Positions 6,726 to 11,328 of a stretch of 11,328 bases of DNA are shown here, piece after piece. The position numbers and the translations under genes are program-made. Positions within the stretch are counted from its first letter, which is position 1. Every line of letters starts with the position of its first letter. Below the pieces are notes generated by a model. It was not told where the DNA came from and searched no databases. It saw nothing but the letters and a program-made list of their open reading frames with translations. The DNA lies in contig JBHHXN010000166.1 in NCBI GenBank assembly GCA_046757025.1, forward strand, positions 1-11,328, given 5' to 3'. Origin of the DNA: a bacterium (lineage in GTDB: Bacteria; Zhuqueibacterota; Zhuqueibacteria; Oceanimicrobiales; Oceanimicrobiaceae).

Positions 6726-8198
6726 ATGCAAACCTACCTCTTTTATGATTTAGAGACCACCGGCCTGAACCGCGCTTTTGATCAGGCGCTGCAGTTTGCC
6801 GCCATTCGGACGGATCTTGCGTTGCAGGAAATTACTCGTCATGAAATCCGCATCAAACTGCGACCGGATGTGGTACCGTCGCCGGAGGCTATGATGGCGC
6901 ACGGTATTTCCATCCAGCAGTCGCTCACCGGTATTTGCGAATTTGAAGCCACGCAGAAGATCTACGCGCTGCTCAATCAACCCAACACCATCAGTCTCGG
7001 CTACAATTCACTGGCATTCGACGACAAGTTTTTGCGATTCGCCTTTTTCCGCAATCTGCTGCCGCCCTACACGCACCAGTACGAAAATAACTGCCGCCGC
7101 ATGGATTTACTGCCCATGGTGACCGTTTACTGGCTGGTACATCATGAGTTGCTGCACTGGCCCGAGTCGGAAGGCAAGGTTTCCCTCAAGCTGGAAGATT
7201 TGAACGCGGTCAATCATTTCGTGGACGGCGCCACCCACGACGCCATGGTGGACACCGAAATTTGCGTGGAGCTGGCGCGCAAACTGTCCGAAGTACAGCC
7301 AACCTGGAATTACCTGACCAAATTCTTTGATAAAAAAAAAGATGCTGAACGCATTGAGCAGTTGCCACCGCTGAGTCACACCTTGCCAGCGGAATATAAA
7401 ATCGGTTTGCTGGTGAGCACGGAGTTTGGCTCGAAAAAGCGCTACCTGGCGCCGGTGGCTTACCTGGGCAAATCCATCCCCTACCCGAATCAGTCCCTCT
7501 GGCTGCGCCTGGACTTGTCGGAGCTGCAATTGAGCACGGAAACTCAAATTTCTGAAAATACCCGCGTGTATCGAAAAAGATTTGGCGAGTCGGGTATTAT
7601 ATTACCACCGCGCGAGCGATTTTTTAACCGTTTGGATGAAGACCGGAAAATTATTCATCGTGAAAACGTGAAATGGTTAGAGCAGAACCTGAATATTTTA
7701 AGCGCCATTGCAAAACATCACCAGAATTACACCTATCCCGAAATCCCCGAGGTCGATGCCGACGCCATGCTCTACCCCATGGGCTTCTGGACGGACGCTG
7801 AAAAATCGCTCTGCCGCAAATTTCATGCGGCGCCGCTGGCTAAGAAAATTCATCTGCCTTCAAACTACTCCAATCCCCTTTTGCAGACGCTTAGCAAACG
7901 CATTATTTTAAGGAATTACAGGGATAAATATCCTGATTTGTTCGAAAGCGAATTTGTCGAAGTCATGCGCAAGGTCCATCCTCCGCCAAATCAAAATCCC
8001 GCCATCGATCACCGGGGTGAGAATAAAACCACCCCCGCAAGCGCTATGTGCAAAATAGATGAAATGAGAAAACAGCCCGGCATGAGCCGCCGAGAACTCG
8101 CATTGCTTCAAGAGCTGGAAAATTACCTGCGAACGCATTTCAAAACGGATGGAGATTCAACTCACTTTGATTTTTACAATTTGCTAATGGACTGGTAG
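6726..8198 (+). CDS. sbcB: Exodeoxyribonuclease I (SbcB)-like DEDDh 3'-5' exonuclease
   Basis: FYDLETTG (ExoI), DQALQFAAIRTD, GYNSLAFDD.FLRF.FFRN (ExoII), SLKLEDL and HDAMVD (ExoIII). C-terminal DADAMLY..GF. Length 490 aa fits the family. Confidence 0.82.
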   Translation: MQTYLFYDLETTGLNRAFDQALQFAAIRTDLALQEITRHEIRIKLRPDVVPSPEAMMAHGISIQQSLTGICEFEATQKIYALLNQPNTISLGYNSLAFDDKFLRFAFFRNLLPPYTHQYENNCRRMDLLPMVTVYWLVHHELLHWPESEGKVSLKLEDLNAVNHFVDGATHDAMVDTEICVELARKLSEVQPTWNYLTKFFDKKKDAERIEQLPPLSHTLPAEYKIGLLVSTEFGSKKRYLAPVAYLGKSIPYPNQSLWLRLDLSELQLSTETQISENTRVYRKRFGESGIILPPRERFFNRLDEDRKIIHRENVKWLEQNLNILSAIAKHHQNYTYPEIPEVDADAMLYPMGFWTDAEKSLCRKFHAAPLAKKIHLPSNYSNPLLQTLSKRIILRNYRDKYPDLFESEFVEVMRKVHPPPNQNPAIDHRGENKTTPASAMCKIDEMRKQPGMSRRELALLQELENYLRTHFKTDGDSTHFDFYNLLMDW

Positions 8199-8415
8199 TA
8201 AAAAAACAGCGCCCCTTTCTGGTGAATCGGATTCAATAATAAAATTGCTTGACATTGGAATGATAAATTTTCAAATTAGTCACACACCGGCTTCACTTTG
8301 CTACTACACAGACATTAAAAATCGTTTCCTCATTCAATTTCATTAAAAGAGAAAATCAATCAACTCTTCAACCCTTTTTATATTTTTATTCACTCATAAA
8401 CTCAAGGGAGGCAGC

Positions 8416-10590
8416 ATGCAAAAATATTTTACCATTCGATTTTTTTTGTGGCTTTGGATGATTCCAGTGGTGGTTTTGGCCGGCGCTGGCGCCGAGGACA
8501 TCACTCTGGTGGCCCCGGACGGCAAGTCCGTTGAAATCCATCGAGATAGTTACGGCGTACCGCACATCAAGTCAGATACCGAAACCGGCATTTTTTTCGG
8601 GCAGGGCTTTGCCGCCGCACAGGATCGCCTGGTGCAAATGGAAGACCTACGGTTGGCTGCCCTGGGAAAAACCGCCATGTTTGGCGGTCCATCCTTCCGG
8701 GATTTTGATAAATTCATACGCACGTATTACTACACAGAAGAAGAACGCCAATCGCAATTTAATGAATTGGATGCAGAATTACAAAATGCTTTTACCTCCT
8801 ACATCGCCGGCGTGAATACTTACATAGATTCCATGATCGTGAATCCGCAAAAGTACAAAGCCCTTGAATTCATTATCCGGCCCTACTCAAAGTGGAAAGT
8901 CACCGACAGCATCGCCCTTGCGCAATTTATGATTCGAAATTTTGGCTGGTTTGGGGGCACAGAGTTAGACCGGTTAGCAGAGCGACAACAAAACGGCCAG
9001 GCTTGGTTTGATGAACACCGCCCCATCAATTATGCAGGTGCTCCCACCACGATTCCTGCCGGCGAGGCTGCCAATTTGCCAAAAACTAACTGGAAATATG
9101 CCGGCATCCGGGTGCAGAAACAGGTGGTGGAAGAAATCCGCAGGCAACGGCAAGCTTATGAACAGCAGGCACGGGCGCTGGGCGTCCCCAAAAAGTTCGG
9201 CAGTTTTGCGGTATTGATCACCCCATCTAAATCCAATAACGGCGAGGTCATGCTGCTCGGCTGCCCGCAAATGGGTACACCCCAGCGCGATGTCACCTCC
9301 ATCGTCAACGAAGTGGAGCTGATTTGTCCCACTTACCATGCTGGTGGCATGACCATTGCCGGTCTGCCGGGAGTCATAATCGGCAGGAATGAGTACCATG
9401 CCTGGTCTTTCACCAGCGGCAATTCCGACAATTCGGATGTTTATATCGAAACCACGCAGGACGCGTCCATGAGTAAATACCAATACAACGGCGAATGGCG
9501 CGATTTTGAAGTGATTCAGGATACCATCAACGTTTTCGGTCAGCCGGAAGCCTTCTCGCATTATCGCACGGTGCACGGGCCAGTGTTCGGCGCTGATTTA
9601 ACAAATAAACAGGTCTATTCAGAAAAAATGACCTTTTGGAATGATGAGATCAGTATGTTTACAGCGCTTTATGGCATGGCCAGCGCTACCAATCTGGCCG
9701 AGTTTGAAGCCGCCGCCAGGCTCAACCCCATGTCCTTCAATCTGTTTTATGCGGGTAAAGATCAAAACGTCAAGTTCTGGCACATCGGGCGCTACCAGGA
9801 TCGAAGCGACAACGTGGATCCGCGGCTGCCGCACAACGGCGACGGCAGCCAGGAATGGCGCGGATTCATCCCCTTCTCCGAATTGCCTTCATTGCAAAAC
9901 CCGGCCCAGGGCTACCTGGTGAACTGGAACAACAAGCCTGTGAGCTGGTGGAACAACGGCGACAACGTGCCCTGGCGCGCTGAAGCAGATACCGTGAGCT
10001 CAACTACTTTCCGCGTTAATCATATAGAAAGGTACGTCGGTCCGCTGAACGAATTTTCATTTCAAAATCTCAAGGACACCCCTTTTAACATTCAAAGCCA
10101 CGGCACTTACCAGCAAGCGCTGTCATTTTCTACCACAGAGGTCACCGGCGCCAACGTTCTGCCGCCCGGTCAGAGCGCCTTTGTGAGCATGGCAGTAGAA
10201 CCCAGTCCCCACAAAAACGACCAGTGGGATCTGCACGTCAACTGGCAGTTCAAAGAAATGATTTTCGGCGAAAACGTCACCACCGACGTGGCACTCGCGC
10301 CTGCTGCGCCAGCGACGTTTGAGCTGCTGCAGAATTATCCGAATCCGTTTAACCCGGAAACCAAAATCGCTTTCCGGCTGCCGACCCAAAGCCGGGTCGT
10401 CTTGAAGATTTACAATATTCAAGGACAGCTGGTGCGCACCATAATTGATCAAAAATACGAACCCGGCGCTCACCAGATCACTTGGGACGGCGTCGGTGCT
10501 CAGGGTTACAGGGTATCTTCTGGAATCTATATCTACAAAATAGAAACGGATGCCATGTCACAAGCCCGACGGATGGTGTTCATCAAATAA
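8416..10590 (+). CDS. Secreted penicillin acylase family (Ntn hydrolase, peptidase S45) protein with C-terminal T9SS-type/FlgD-Ig domain
   Basis: Signal peptide. Motifs IHRDSYGVPHI and FGQGFAAAQDRLVQM; predicted nucleophile Ser263 (FG|SFAVL); CPQMG, PGVIIGRN, RTVHGPV, NWNNKP and PPGQS. C-terminal QNYPNPFNPETKI...RRMVFIK. AGGGAGG RBS. Confidence 0.9.
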   Translation: MQKYFTIRFFLWLWMIPVVVLAGAGAEDITLVAPDGKSVEIHRDSYGVPHIKSDTETGIFFGQGFAAAQDRLVQMEDLRLAALGKTAMFGGPSFRDFDKFIRTYYYTEEERQSQFNELDAELQNAFTSYIAGVNTYIDSMIVNPQKYKALEFIIRPYSKWKVTDSIALAQFMIRNFGWFGGTELDRLAERQQNGQAWFDEHRPINYAGAPTTIPAGEAANLPKTNWKYAGIRVQKQVVEEIRRQRQAYEQQARALGVPKKFGSFAVLITPSKSNNGEVMLLGCPQMGTPQRDVTSIVNEVELICPTYHAGGMTIAGLPGVIIGRNEYHAWSFTSGNSDNSDVYIETTQDASMSKYQYNGEWRDFEVIQDTINVFGQPEAFSHYRTVHGPVFGADLTNKQVYSEKMTFWNDEISMFTALYGMASATNLAEFEAAARLNPMSFNLFYAGKDQNVKFWHIGRYQDRSDNVDPRLPHNGDGSQEWRGFIPFSELPSLQNPAQGYLVNWNNKPVSWWNNGDNVPWRAEADTVSSTTFRVNHIERYVGPLNEFSFQNLKDTPFNIQSHGTYQQALSFSTTEVTGANVLPPGQSAFVSMAVEPSPHKNDQWDLHVNWQFKEMIFGENVTTDVALAPAAPATFELLQNYPNPFNPETKIAFRLPTQSRVVLKIYNIQGQLVRTIIDQKYEPGAHQITWDGVGAQGYRVSSGIYIYKIETDAMSQARRMVFIK

Positions 10591-10642
10591 TGCTGCTTAT
10601 AGTATTAACACTGAACTTTTGCATTTTTTTGCCAAGAAAAAT

Positions 10643-10749
10643 AAAAATCGAAAACCGGAAACCGAAATTCGTCGTCTATAGATTTTGAAATAGACAAGCC
10701 AACTCTGGAATTCCTTTTTGCGAATTTCGCTTTTCGGTTTGCGGCTTTT
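10643..10749. repeat. Inverted pair of heptamer arrays (29-bp arms, 49-nt loop)
   Basis: AAAAATCGAAAACCGGAAACCGAAATTCG (10643-10671) matches the reverse complement of CGAATTTCGCTTTTCGGTTTGCGGCTTTT (10721-10749) at 24/29 positions. Confidence 0.75.
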
Positions 10750-10832
10750 CGCTGCATTAGGATTTAACAAAAATGAAATCGCATTCACTTTGATAGTCAA
10801 ATCTCAATTTCATTTGTTTTAGTCAGCACCAA

Positions 10833-10870
10833 TAAAAAAGCCTCCATTTATTGCCATGGAGGCCTTTTTA
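10833..10870. terminator. Bidirectional rho-independent terminator
   Basis: A-tract, stem GCCTCCAT (10840-10847), 8-nt loop, ATGGAGGC (10856-10863), T-tract. There is a U-tail on both strands. Confidence 0.8.
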
Positions 10871-11151
10871 GTTTCGCAAATTTATTCTTTCAGATGTGTC
10901 TTCTGCGGTCTGAGGGGAGACAGAGAGGCCTCGCTTATTCTCTTTTGAAACCACAGTGTTCCTTCACGGCTGCAGTAAAGATCCACAAGAATTAGCTGTC
11001 TTGCGGTTCATCCATGTTTGGGAAATTAATTTGAATTTACCGAGTATCCTAAAATAAAGATCATCCAGGAAAACTGTCTAAAATTTGCATCCCCGAAAGG
11101 CGCCCGCTCCCATTAGTGATTTTTAATCGACGACCACTGAATTGTCATGGG

Positions 11152-11299
11152 CTAGTAGAACGTTTCCTAATTAATGTTACAACAAATTGTCATTGCGAGC
11201 GCAGCGAAGCAATCTCCTAACTTGCTGAATATCAGGAGATTGCTTCGTCGTTACACTCCTCGCAATGACTGCCATGATAATAAGGAATCGCACTACTAG
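11152..11299. mobile_element. 148-bp MITE-like element with CTAG-bounded inverted ends enclosing a REP/RPE-like palindrome
   Basis: CTAGTAGAACGTTTCCTAATTA (11152-11173) matches the reverse complement of TAATAAGGAATCGCACTACTAG (11278-11299) at 18/22 positions. CTAG at both extremities. Confidence 0.6.
11189..11269. repeat. REP/RPE-like palindromic element (GTCATTGCGAG...GAAGCAATCT...AGATTGCTTC...CTCGCAATGAC)
   Basis: Perfect outer stem of 11 bp (11189-11199 with 11259-11269) and perfect inner stem of 14 bp (CGAAGCAATCTCCT 11205-11218 with AGGAGATTGCTTCG 11234-11247). Confidence 0.85.
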
Positions 11300-11328
11300 A
11301 CCCGGGTGAGGTTACATCATCACAAATT

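Noticed and set aside
8249..8277. TTGACA upstream of the acylase gene as a promoter
   Set aside because: No convincing -10 hexamer at 16-18 nt spacing.
586..10800. Remaining short ORF-track calls (e.g. 624..983, 3989..4216, 5150..5524, 7107..7547, 8974..9576, 10123..10473, 10597..10800)
   Set aside because: They are antisense or off-frame shadows of well-supported genes, or translated repeats, with no recognisable motifs.
10880..11110. Riboswitch or structured RNA
   Set aside because: No conserved glycine, TPP, SAM, FMN or cobalamin riboswitch motifs recognised on either strand.

Overview
Bacterial genomic window, probably from an FCB-superphylum organism such as KSB1 or Calditrichota. This is inferred from two complete CDSs with a 'QN(F/Y)PNPFNP...KMxxxK' T9SS-type/FlgD-Ig C-terminal domain, plus a partial CDS showing the terminal motif only. 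The minus strand carries an M20 amidohydrolase, two tandem four-helix-bundle (23S rRNA IVS-type) genes in an apparently identical 438-bp duplication, and a secreted DUF3179 protein. The plus strand carries a GH13 alpha-amylase-family lipoprotein, an HsmA-like membrane protein, an exonuclease I (SbcB)-like protein and a secreted penicillin-acylase-family Ntn hydrolase that appears to lack the helical beta-chain domain. The most unusual feature is the intergenic architecture. Each four-helix-bundle gene is enclosed by complementary heptamer arrays (GTCCTTT...AAAGGAC), an 'empty' heptamer-bounded unit lies between the copies, gene-less heptamer hairpins or arrays occur at three other sites, and there are two small inverted-repeat-bounded (MITE-like) elements. 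All calls come from reading the sequence; no searches were run.
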